Shown here: piece after piece, positions 18,714 through 27,294 of the stretch
How the letters are laid out: each line of letters opens with the position of its first letter
Position numbering within the stretch: the first letter of the stretch is position 1
Source of the DNA: Maribacter sp.
GTDB taxonomy: Bacteria > Bacteroidota > Bacteroidia > Flavobacteriales > Flavobacteriaceae
Length of the DNA: 64,000 bases
Reading direction: 5' to 3'
Assembly: GCA_024228355.1 (NCBI GenBank)
Contig: JAAETN010000394.1
Location: 15,081 to 79,080, forward strand
Made by a program: the position numbers and the translations under genes
Notes under the pieces: generated by a model
Seen by the model: only the letters and a program-made list of their open reading frames with translations
Told to the model about the DNA's origin: nothing
Databases searched by the model: none

Positions 18714-21527
18714 TTAATAGGAAGAGGGTACTGTACCATAGAGTTCCTTGAAGCATTTTGTAAAATAGGAAAGGTCGTTAAACCCCACTTTATAAGCAAT
18801 TTGGGTAACACTATCTGCCTTATGGGATAATAGTTGAGCTGCTCTTTTTAATCGAAAGTTACGCAATAGTTCACCAGGGGCTTCATTGGTCAAGGCCTTT
18901 AGTTTTCGGTGTAGTTGTGATTTACTCATACCAAGGGCCTCCTGCATTTGAGATACGCCAAAATCTCCATACGAGGATTTATCTTCGAGCAAGGTTATTA
19001 AGCTTTCCAAGAATCTTCGGTCTACAGAGGTAACGGCCATTTTCTTTGGATCTATCTGAATCTGCATATTGGAAAATGCTTCCCTTAGCCTCTTACGCTG
19101 CTCAATAAGATTCTTTGCGCGGACCAACAGTTCATCGCCGTTAAAGGGTTTTGTTAGGTAGTCATCGGCCCCAGTTTCCAGGCCTACGATTTTATTAGCC
19201 ATTCCGGCCTTTGCGGTCAGCATAATTACAGGAATATGACTGGTGTTAACATTGGTCTTCAATTTATTACACAATTCCAATCCGTCCATATTGGGCATCA
19301 TCAGGTCCGTGATAATCAAGTCTGGCGAATCTTGTATCGCCTTCTTTAACCCATTCCGACCATTCGTGGCTTCAGTAATTTTATATAGCTGAACAAGATT
19401 CTCTTTTATAAAATGGCGCATATCATCATTGTCCTCTACCAACAATATGAGCGGTACCGTTCTTTTGTCATTTTTGATTAATTCAAAAGTATCCCGTTTA
19501 GGCAATCTATTGGCAATATCATACTCTCCAACTATTTTTTCCTGTCCGGTCCTAATTTCTTGTACAGTGAGAGAAACCGTAAAGAGGGAGCCCTTGTCCA
19601 ATTTACTGGAGACAGTTATAGTGCCATCCATAAGCGTTACCAAATCCTTGGTAAGTGACAGACCAATACCAGATCCTTCTTTTTCACGAGTAGAACCGCC
19701 ATCTACCTGATAAAAACGATCAAAAACGAACGGTAGTTCTTCTTTTGGAATGCCTTTCCCAGAATCTGACACTTGCATTTGAAGCTCCTGTCCTTGGCAC
19801 ATTGCTTTGAATGATATGACCGCACCATCTTCGCTGAACTTAAATGCATTACTGAGAAGGTTATATACTACTTTTTCTAGTTTGTCTCGATCAAAGGAAG
19901 CCCAAAGTACTACCTGAGGAATCTGTATCCGATAATCGATATTGCGTTGTGCCGCGTGGGAGTTAAAAGATGATACAGACGCGCGTAAACATTTAAATAT
20001 ATCACCCTCTGTAAGATCTAACCTTAAATTTCCCTCGTCAATCTTTGAAAGGTCTAAAAGTTGGTTTACGAGTTTGAGCACCCGAGTTGTATTTCGTCTT
20101 ATCATTTTTACGGTATCCATTCCAAGCTGTTCCCCAGGGTTTTGTTCCAATCGTTCTATTGGACCTTTGATCAATGATAGCGGGGTCCTGAATTCATGGG
20201 AAATATTGGCAAAAAAATTAGATTTTAATTGATCAAGTTCCATCAGTTTTTTGTTCGCCTTTTGCTTCACATGGTATTGGTTATATATTAGCCCACTAAG
20301 GACCAGCATTAGAACTGCAAAGGCAATAATGGCATTACGTTCATTTATTCGCTTGTTAAGATTTACCGTTTGTAACTTTTTTTCTGAGGCTAGAAGAGCC
20401 AATTCCTTGGCTTTTTGTTCGTTTTGATACCTAGCCTCCAAATCATTGGTGACAAGAAGTATCTTTTCATTATATAAACTATCGGATAATACAATGGTAG
20501 TAAGTGCACTGTTATGGGCTTTTTCAAATTGACCTAGTTTTTGGTATGCTTTTGATAAGAATCGATGAATTTCTATAGCCCCATCAAGAGTAGCCGTTGA
20601 ATCAAGATTTGCTAGTGCGTTATTTGCCATTTTTATGCTTTGCGTGTAGTCGCCTTGACCAAATACCGCCTCTGCCAGCCCATATTCTATTTCGTAGCCG
20701 AGGTTCACATCATCCACCTCATTGGCCAATTCAAAGGCTTTTCTCAAATAATTCTCGGCCGTAATATACTCCCCTAAATTATTGTAAACAATCCCCAAGC
20801 TGTTCAAAACCCTAGCCTCACCCAGCTTGTCCCGTGTTTCCTTTTTAAGTTCCAATGCCTGCTCATGATAGCGAATTGCCTTCCTAAACTCCCTAATTTC
20901 AATATATATATTTCCCAAATTGGTAAGGCAGGCAGAAATACCCGGTTTAATGTCCAGCTCTCTAACCAATGCCAAGGCAGCCTCGTAATTATCTCCAGCT
21001 TTTTTATATTGTTTTTGATTTTTATATACCCCTCCTATCGCACTATAAATTATGGCTTCCCTATTTTTATCATCGTTAGTTTTTGCAAGAGTCAATGCTT
21101 CAAAAAATAATTTAAACGCTACTTCATTTTTTGACTGCATTCTCGCAATTTTGCCGAGTTCCGTTTTAACATCAATTATCCCCGACTGGTCATCAAGTTC
21201 ATAAAAAACCATGAGGGCCGTCTCGTATTTTTCTTGGGCCTGACGGTATTCCCTCAAGTTTGTCAACATATATGCGGTATTTCGCCTTGCCTTTGCCAGC
21301 ATCAATGTCAGTCCTGCCTTTTCAGATAACTCCTCTGCATTTATAGCATAACCCATTGCTGTTTTTATATCATTCCTATAATATTCATTAACCAAATCTA
21401 GGTATACCTGAACTTTAATACTGTCCTCCTTTAATGTAGGTAGAATACGGAGTAGACTGTCTGCATTGGATTGGGAATATAAGAGGGAAACGGATAACAA
21501 CCAGAATAAAACATATTTCCATTTCAT
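18714..21527 (-). CDS. Hybrid two-component system 2: TPR sensor, TM, HK, REC and AraC HTH
   Basis: Paralog of HTCS 1; NISHEFRTPL, IITDLMMPNMDG, GFNDLSYFTKCFK; near-identical C-terminus KELYG..PSSY. Confidence 0.92.
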   Translation of the reverse strand: MKWKYVLFWLLSVSLLYSQSNADSLLRILPTLKEDSIKVQVYLDLVNEYYRNDIKTAMGYAINAEELSEKAGLTLMLAKARRNTAYMLTNLREYRQAQEKYETALMVFYELDDQSGIIDVKTELGKIARMQSKNEVAFKLFFEALTLAKTNDDKNREAIIYSAIGGVYKNQKQYKKAGDNYEAALALVRELDIKPGISACLTNLGNIYIEIREFRKAIRYHEQALELKKETRDKLGEARVLNSLGIVYNNLGEYITAENYLRKAFELANEVDDVNLGYEIEYGLAEAVFGQGDYTQSIKMANNALANLDSTATLDGAIEIHRFLSKAYQKLGQFEKAHNSALTTIVLSDSLYNEKILLVTNDLEARYQNEQKAKELALLASEKKLQTVNLNKRINERNAIIAFAVLMLVLSGLIYNQYHVKQKANKKLMELDQLKSNFFANISHEFRTPLSLIKGPIERLEQNPGEQLGMDTVKMIRRNTTRVLKLVNQLLDLSKIDEGNLRLDLTEGDIFKCLRASVSSFNSHAAQRNIDYRIQIPQVVLWASFDRDKLEKVVYNLLSNAFKFSEDGAVISFKAMCQGQELQMQVSDSGKGIPKEELPFVFDRFYQVDGGSTREKEGSGIGLSLTKDLVTLMDGTITVSSKLDKGSLFTVSLTVQEIRTGQEKIVGEYDIANRLPKRDTFELIKNDKRTVPLILLVEDNDDMRHFIKENLVQLYKITEATNGRNGLKKAIQDSPDLIITDLMMPNMDGLELCNKLKTNVNTSHIPVIMLTAKAGMANKIVGLETGADDYLTKPFNGDELLVRAKNLIEQRKRLREAFSNMQIQIDPKKMAVTSVDRRFLESLITLLEDKSSYGDFGVSQMQEALGMSKSQLHRKLKALTNEAPGELLRNFRLKRAAQLLSHKADSVTQIAYKVGFNDLSYFTKCFKELYGTVPSSY

Positions 21528-21700
21528 TTTAAAGGTATTGGCTATACAAGATACTTAATTCCTGGATAGTGCAGATAATGGTAATTGTAAGTAAGATTGC
21601 ATGAAAAAACTAGAACAATAGTCCCAAATTGTAAAATAAAAATAGCAATCACTGGCATAAAACCTGCCATTCATCGGAGAAATAATACCGTTAATTTTTT

Positions 21701-21770
21701 CACCACATTATACTCCTGGTTGACAACATATTTTAGGGCTCATTAACCTACTGCAGTATCTTTACATTGT
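21701..21770 (+). promoter_or_regulatory. Promoter of putative sRNA 2
   Basis: CACCACA at 21701, GACAACA at 21722 (21-bp period) and TACATTGT at 21763, 41 nt after the second repeat as in copy 1. Confidence 0.6.
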
Positions 21771-21771
21771 A

Positions 21772-21937
21772 ATTAAGTGATAGTGTTGGCCCCAAAGCAA
21801 CTCATGAACTTAACCGAAACAAAGTGTAAGTTTCCCAAAGCGAACACTAAACCTACAAAAAGCTACCTGAGTATTATCAGGACCAAATTTTAAAACCTAC
21901 TTAAAAAAAGCCCTTTGAAAAAAGGGGCTTTTTTTTT
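21772..21937 (+). ncRNA. Putative small RNA, copy 2
   Basis: Starts ATTAAGTGATAGTGTTG like copy 1 and ends in a nearly identical terminator; no convergent gene needs this terminator. Confidence 0.55.
21903..21937 (+). terminator. Intrinsic terminator of putative sRNA 2
   Basis: A-run GCCCTTT-GA-AAAAAGGGGC followed by T9. Confidence 0.85.
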
Positions 21938-22093
21938 ACATAATTCCCACACTCATGTTCTGGAATATCCAAAAAATTGGTAGTTCATCGATCATACTAT
22001 ACGTTTTAACGTATTTCACCACAATTCTCCCATGCTACACAACAAAAATTTAGAAGTACGAACCCTTGAATTTACATTCGCTTCGTATTTATG

Positions 22094-22215
22094 ATTAAGT
22101 GTTTTGTCCCATGGAATTATTACTGACCTACAAGCATAAAATTTTTTGACTGATTTACCCAATTTTACAAATCCTACTTAACAAAAAAAGCCCTGACTAA
22201 ACCGTCAGGGCTTTT
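22094..22215 (+). ncRNA. Putative small RNA, copy 3 (diverged, orphan)
   Basis: Upstream CACCACA (22017) and CACAACA (22038) 21-bp repeats, TACATTCG (22073), ATTAAGTG start, AATTTTACAAATCCTACTTAA 3' block and terminator. Confidence 0.45.
22183..22215. terminator. Bidirectional intrinsic terminator (sRNA 3 / DUF3078 gene)
   Basis: A7-GCCCTGAC-TAAACC-GTCAGGGC-T4. Confidence 0.88.
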
Positions 22216-22237
22216 ATTTACTACTTACTTTTTAAGC

Positions 22238-23167
22238 TTAGAAGGCATAGTTAAGTCCAAACAACCAATAGGTTTGCAGTTCGTTATCAACATTGTCGAA
22301 AGTCGCTCCTGTGACAGGAGTCGGTCCGTTCAAAGCATAATTAAGTGCTTCTTGCTTGTTGTCCCTAAGCCCAAATTCAAATCCTAGTCCAATCCCGTTC
22401 CATAACGTATAGCCCAGAGAGTTTATCCAGGTCCAATTGGATAAATTAGAAGATTTATAGCTTTGAAACATGGAAAGATTGGTTTTGAAATTTACATTTC
22501 CAATTTTTCTTGTGTAATCAGCAACGATCTTGGCCCCTAATGAAGACTCGAAAATGGCATCTTCATCACTAAATACAAAGTTGTAGTTCAGAGGATGGAT
22601 TACCACAACCAAATCAGTAATCGGTGTCCATGTGGCACCAACACCTAGGTCTAAATACCCTGGATTATTTAAGTTGCTTAACAAGGTAGTCCTATATTCC
22701 CCTAAAGCCGAAATAGCGAATTTTTCGCTGATTTTTTGACCGTAAAGCGACGTTATGGTAAATACATCCGTAGCTTCTTTAAAGCTGTCATCATCGGAAG
22801 CATCATCCTTATCATCGAACTTGATCCAAGCAAGATTTACATTTCCTGAATTTCTCCAGAAAAATTTCTCTTGTTGAAGATTAGCGAAGGCATTAACCGT
22901 GACACCAATGTTCCCGGCGCTTGAATTTGCTTCACCTTTTGAATACCAGTTGCTAAAACCAGAAAGGTTGGCGCCAATCGTTCCAAATGCCCCTTTTTTC
23001 CAGCCTGGAAGAGCATCAATTTGTGTTTGAAGGGCATCGACCCGGCCTTGAATTGCAGCAATGGAATCCTTTTTGGGTCCTTGCAATGCTTTAAGTTCAT
23101 CTGCCGTTTGCGCGTAGGTAGCTGATATAGCCATAAAAGCCACCACTGTGAATACTAGATTTCTCAT
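22238..23167 (-). CDS. DUF3078-family exported/outer-membrane protein
   Basis: Signal peptide, coiled segment, WKKGAFG and FSNWY motifs, beta-strand-rich, C-terminal Phe. Confidence 0.75.
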   Translation of the reverse strand: MRNLVFTVVAFMAISATYAQTADELKALQGPKKDSIAAIQGRVDALQTQIDALPGWKKGAFGTIGANLSGFSNWYSKGEANSSAGNIGVTVNAFANLQQEKFFWRNSGNVNLAWIKFDDKDDASDDDSFKEATDVFTITSLYGQKISEKFAISALGEYRTTLLSNLNNPGYLDLGVGATWTPITDLVVVIHPLNYNFVFSDEDAIFESSLGAKIVADYTRKIGNVNFKTNLSMFQSYKSSNLSNWTWINSLGYTLWNGIGLGFEFGLRDNKQEALNYALNGPTPVTGATFDNVDNELQTYWLFGLNYAF

Positions 23168-23243
23168 AATGTTTAGTGTTTATTAATTTAATGGAGTCCA
23201 AAAATAAGAATTGTTAACAATAAACAATTAAGGTTATTAACAA

Positions 23244-23750
23244 TTATTGTTTTTTGAAAAGGGGTACTGAAGAGCATGCCTCACCGTACATTACGCTTTT
23301 TGCAACAGTTAAAAGCTTGGCAGTTATCCACAAATAGGCATTCTGTGGCACAGGTTTGCTACTACAGCCTTTTATGATTACGGACTTATCCTTAAATTCG
23401 GTAATATCAAGATTTTCAATAATGGATTGATATAATGTGGTTTCCAATACTTCTAAATCTCCTTGTACTACTTTTTTAGCATAAGGTTGCAATTTCGTGG
23501 CACACAGCATATAGGCCCATCCTGGAATTATAGCATCGCTTGAACATTCAATGGCAACATATTTATCTTGGTATTGACTCCATTCATGTGCATCAATTCT
23601 GGTCCTGAATTCCTTTTCACGCACCACAATTCCTTGATATAACCAATCCTTGATATCCAGCAATACCCTTTCTCCAATCGCATAATAGTCTTCCAAGTCA
23701 ATGGTTTTTAATTGACTCTGGGCGACACGGTTAATGATTTCCTTTTCCAT
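23244..23750 (-). CDS. DUF2480-family protein
   Basis: IINRVAQS..TIDLEDYY, DAIIPGWA, IIKGCS and KSVMYGEACSSVP motifs. Confidence 0.8.
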   Translation of the reverse strand: MEKEIINRVAQSQLKTIDLEDYYAIGERVLLDIKDWLYQGIVVREKEFRTRIDAHEWSQYQDKYVAIECSSDAIIPGWAYMLCATKLQPYAKKVVQGDLEVLETTLYQSIIENLDITEFKDKSVIIKGCSSKPVPQNAYLWITAKLLTVAKSVMYGEACSSVPLFKKQ

Positions 23751-23823
23751 GGGTTATTGGACTTTGTTAGTTGTAGTTCTTAAAAATGGATTGCCTCCAG
23801 TAGTGGAATGACAACTGAGTGGA

Positions 23824-24150
23824 TTAAAGCATCCCTAACTCTAATTTGGCTTCCTCACTCATTAAATCCTGGGTCCATGGCGGATCAAAAGTAATCTCAA
23901 CCATTGCATCTTTAACAACGTTCAATGATTTCACCTTTTCCTCCACTTCAACCGGAAGGGTTTCCGCAACCGGACAGTTAGGGGAGGTCAGTGTCATTAA
24001 AATCTTTACATCGTAATCTTCGTTTACAAAAACGTCATATATCAATCCCAATTCATAGATATCAACAGGGATTTCCGGGTCATAGATAGTCTTTAAGACC
24101 TGTATTATTTTTTCTCCCAATTCTTGGGTATTTATAACTGTTTCGCTCAT
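23824..24150 (-). CDS. sufT: SUF Fe-S assembly protein (DUF59/SufT-like)
   Basis: DPEIPVDIYELGLIY, MTLTSPNCP and FDPPW motifs. Confidence 0.9.
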   Translation of the reverse strand: MSETVINTQELGEKIIQVLKTIYDPEIPVDIYELGLIYDVFVNEDYDVKILMTLTSPNCPVAETLPVEVEEKVKSLNVVKDAMVEITFDPPWTQDLMSEEAKLELGML

Positions 24151-24155
24151 TTTTT

Positions 24156-24578
24156 TTAATTCAATTGGGTTTGGTAAGCAATTGCATACATTTTCAACTG
24201 TTTTACCATACTTACCAAGCCATTGGCACGCGTCGGTGACAAATGCTCTTTTAATCCTATCTCATCAATAAAATCAGTATTGGCCTCAATAATATCCTGT
24301 GGTTTCTGATTACTAAAAACACGGATTAAAATAGCAATAATCCCCTTGGTGATAATAGCATCACTATCAGCAGTAAACACAAGTTTATCACCTTCAAGTT
24401 CAGCATGTACCCATACCTTACTTTGACACCCTTTGATTATGTTGTCATCTGTTTTATACTTCCCATTGATCAAAGGAAGTGACTTCCCCAGTTCTATCAT
24501 GTATTCATAACGCTGCATCCAATCCTCGAATATTGAGAACTCATCAACGATTTCTTCTTGTATTTCCTGTATGCTCAT
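24156..24578 (-). CDS. sufE: Sulfur acceptor SufE
   Basis: IKGCQSKVW, ADSDAIITKG and LSPTRANGL motifs; possible internal TATTTTTG -7 box at about 24593-24600. Confidence 0.93.
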   Translation of the reverse strand: MSIQEIQEEIVDEFSIFEDWMQRYEYMIELGKSLPLINGKYKTDDNIIKGCQSKVWVHAELEGDKLVFTADSDAIITKGIIAILIRVFSNQKPQDIIEANTDFIDEIGLKEHLSPTRANGLVSMVKQLKMYAIAYQTQLN

Positions 24579-24649
24579 TACCTGACTTTATGCAAAAATA
24601 CGATAAGTATTATTCGCTTTCAATTCAAAAAAATATCTATACCAACCAT

Positions 24650-25879
24650 CTATTGTAACATGGCCTTGGCGCGCTTAACACCTTCAACCATTGCATCGAT
24701 TTCCTCTTTGGTATTATAAAAATTAAAACTGGCACGCACTGTACCCGGGATTTTATAGAAATCCATAATAGGTTGTGCACAATGATGCCCTGTACGGACG
24801 GCTATTCCGAGCTTATCCAAAATAGAACCAATATCATAGGGGTGAATACTTTCGATATTGAAGGAGATAACCGAAGTCTTGTTCTCAGAAGTCCCGTAAA
24901 TACGTAACCCTTCAATGGACAACAATTGTTCAGTGGCATACACCAACAGTTCGTTTTCATAAGCAGCTATTACATCAATGCCAATGGCATTCATATAATC
25001 AATAGCAGCACCAAAGGCGATTCCACCACAAATGTTGGGCGTACCCGCTTCAAATTTATGGGGTAAATCGGCGTAGGTCGTCTTTTCAAAGGTAACCTCA
25101 GCGATCATTTCGCCCCCACCCTGATAAGGTGGTAATTTATGTAACCATTCTTCTTTCCCATATAATATGCCAACGCCTGTAGGTCCACACATCTTATGCG
25201 CCGAAACCGTGTAGAAATCAACATCCAGTTCTTGAACATCAGCCTGAATATGCGGAGCGGCTTGGGCGCCATCAATTAATACAGCTGCACCAACATTGTG
25301 GGCAGCTTCGATTATTTCTTTGATAGGATTTACCGTTCCCAATGCATTTGATACATGATTGCAAAAAACCATTTTGGTTTTGTCGGATAATAACTTGCGG
25401 TATTCATCCATAATCAATTCTCCTTTCTCGCTCATTGGAATCACCTTTAACATGGCGCCTGTTCGTTCGCACAACATTTGCCAGGGAACTATATTTGAAT
25501 GGTGTTCCATGGCCGAAACGATTAACTCATCTCCTTTTTGTAATAAGGATGAAAAGCCATTAGCTACTAAATTGATACTATGGGTAGTCCCGGAAGTGAA
25601 AATTATCTCATGGGGTTTAGCAGCGTTAAAATGCCTTTGGATTTTTAATCTTGCCTGTTCATATTTATCCGTAGCTTCTTGGGAAAGGGTATGTACCCCT
25701 CGATGGATATTCGCATTGTAACTGCTATAGTAGTCAACAATAGCGTCAATAACCTGTTTGGGCGTTTGCGATGTGGCAGCATTGTCAAAATACACCAAAG
25801 GTTTACCATTGACCATACGGTCTAGAATGGGAAAATCTTTTCTAATTACAGCTACGTCCAAAGAAGAGGTATTGCTCAT
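24650..25879 (-). CDS. sufS: Cysteine desulfurase SufS
   Basis: YFDNAATSQ, SAHKMCGPTG (PLP Lys), EAGTP and RTGHHCA motifs. Confidence 0.95.
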   Translation of the reverse strand: MSNTSSLDVAVIRKDFPILDRMVNGKPLVYFDNAATSQTPKQVIDAIVDYYSSYNANIHRGVHTLSQEATDKYEQARLKIQRHFNAAKPHEIIFTSGTTHSINLVANGFSSLLQKGDELIVSAMEHHSNIVPWQMLCERTGAMLKVIPMSEKGELIMDEYRKLLSDKTKMVFCNHVSNALGTVNPIKEIIEAAHNVGAAVLIDGAQAAPHIQADVQELDVDFYTVSAHKMCGPTGVGILYGKEEWLHKLPPYQGGGEMIAEVTFEKTTYADLPHKFEAGTPNICGGIAFGAAIDYMNAIGIDVIAAYENELLVYATEQLLSIEGLRIYGTSENKTSVISFNIESIHPYDIGSILDKLGIAVRTGHHCAQPIMDFYKIPGTVRASFNFYNTKEEIDAMVEGVKRAKAMLQ

Positions 25880-25880
25880 A

Positions 25881-27197
25881 CTATAAATCGAATCCTAATC
25901 GAACACCTAATTTTTCAGCTATAAGTCTGTTTATTCTTGATTTTAGTACAGGAATACGCACGCTTTCCAAAACATTATTGGCAAAAGCGTACATTAACAG
26001 AGCTCTAGCTTCCTTTTTAGGGATACCACGGGATTGAAGATAGAAAAGAGCATCTTCATCCAATTGCCCTATGGTACAACCATGAGAACATTTTACATCG
26101 TCCGCAAAAATCTCCAATTGTGGTTTTGTATTGATGGTGGCCTTATCACTGACTAGGATATTGTTGTTCTGTTGAAAGGCATTGGTCTTTTGGGCAATTT
26201 TATCAACAATGATCTTTCCGTTGAATACCCCAGTGGAATTCTCACCATAGATTCCTTTGTAGTCCTGGTGGCTTTCACAATTTGGTTCAATATGATGTAC
26301 CAAAGTATGATGGTCTACATGCTGCTTATACCCCAAAATCGTAACCCCTTTCATTGTGGAATCTATATGTTCCCCGTTCTGATAGAAATTCAAATTATTC
26401 CTTGTCAATTTCCCACCAAAAGAAAAGGTATGCACCTTGACCACACTTTTACTTTTTTGATTGATGTAGGTATTATCGATCAAAGATGCGGTTTTGACAT
26501 CGTTTTGAACTTTATAATAATCTACAATGGCATTTTCAGCGGCAAAAATCTCAGTTACTGAATTCGTTAAAACCTCATTAGTAGTTAGGCTTTGATACCT
26601 TTCGATAATCTGTACCTCAGCATTCTCTTCAACAACTACCAAGCTTCTTGGTTGCAACATCAATGAAGCTTCATTACCGGTTGAGAAATGTAAAATTTCA
26701 ATCGGTTTTTTTGGCATTTTGTTCTTTGGGATATAGATGTAAGCGCCTTCCCTACTAAATGCGGTGTTCAAAGTCGTAAGGGATTCGTCCTTAGATGCTA
26801 TTTTATTGAAATAAACATCGATCACTTGCTTGTACATGGGTTTGGTAAGCGCGGCGCTCATCAAACAAATATCTACTCCGTCGTGCGTTGTTTCAGAAAA
26901 AAAAGAAGAATAGATTCCGTCAATAAAAACAATCTTATAGGATTCTATCTCATGCAGGAAGAATTTCTTTACATCTTTATATCCCAGAGCATTTACTTCC
27001 TTGGGGAATATGCTAAAATCTATCTTCTGAAGCCCTTTTAAGGAGGTATATTTCCAAGCTTCCTCTTTTTTAGTGGGAAACCCTTTTTCCTCAAAGTTCT
27101 TTATGGCCTCTGATCGAATATCATGCACAGGATGTTCAACATCGACATTGTTTTCAAATGCCATGAAAGAAGAAACCAGTTTGTCTTTTAAATCCAT
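25881..27197 (-). CDS. sufD: Fe-S assembly protein SufD
   Basis: GVFNGKI, PQLEIFADDVKCSHG and FYLQSRGI motifs. Confidence 0.95.
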   Translation of the reverse strand: MDLKDKLVSSFMAFENNVDVEHPVHDIRSEAIKNFEEKGFPTKKEEAWKYTSLKGLQKIDFSIFPKEVNALGYKDVKKFFLHEIESYKIVFIDGIYSSFFSETTHDGVDICLMSAALTKPMYKQVIDVYFNKIASKDESLTTLNTAFSREGAYIYIPKNKMPKKPIEILHFSTGNEASLMLQPRSLVVVEENAEVQIIERYQSLTTNEVLTNSVTEIFAAENAIVDYYKVQNDVKTASLIDNTYINQKSKSVVKVHTFSFGGKLTRNNLNFYQNGEHIDSTMKGVTILGYKQHVDHHTLVHHIEPNCESHQDYKGIYGENSTGVFNGKIIVDKIAQKTNAFQQNNNILVSDKATINTKPQLEIFADDVKCSHGCTIGQLDEDALFYLQSRGIPKKEARALLMYAFANNVLESVRIPVLKSRINRLIAEKLGVRLGFDL

Positions 27198-27208
27198 CTT
27201 CTGATACT

Positions 27209-27285
27209 TGTCATTCCTGCGAAGGCAGGAATCTCATTAATTCTATCTAATTTTTCTTTGGATTCCTGCCTTCGCAGGAATGACA
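27209..27285. repeat. REP/dRS3-like element: perfect 25-bp inverted repeat with a 27-bp spacer
   Basis: TGTCATTCCTGCGAAGGCAGGAATC (27209-27233) and its exact reverse complement (27261-27285); each arm is itself palindromic. Confidence 0.9.
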
Positions 27286-27294
27286 GGGCTTCGG

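Noticed and set aside
21804-21893. 29-aa ORF MNLTETKCKFPK... inside sRNA-like unit 2
   Set aside because: The paralogous unit 1 shifts frame and stops after 8 codons (17552-17578) and unit 3 has an unrelated 12-aa ORF, so coding is not conserved; Ribo-seq would be needed to revive it
17408-22215. Repeated intergenic units as a CRISPR array or IS ends
   Set aside because: No regular repeat-spacer periodicity, no cas or transposase genes, no terminal inverted repeats or target duplications
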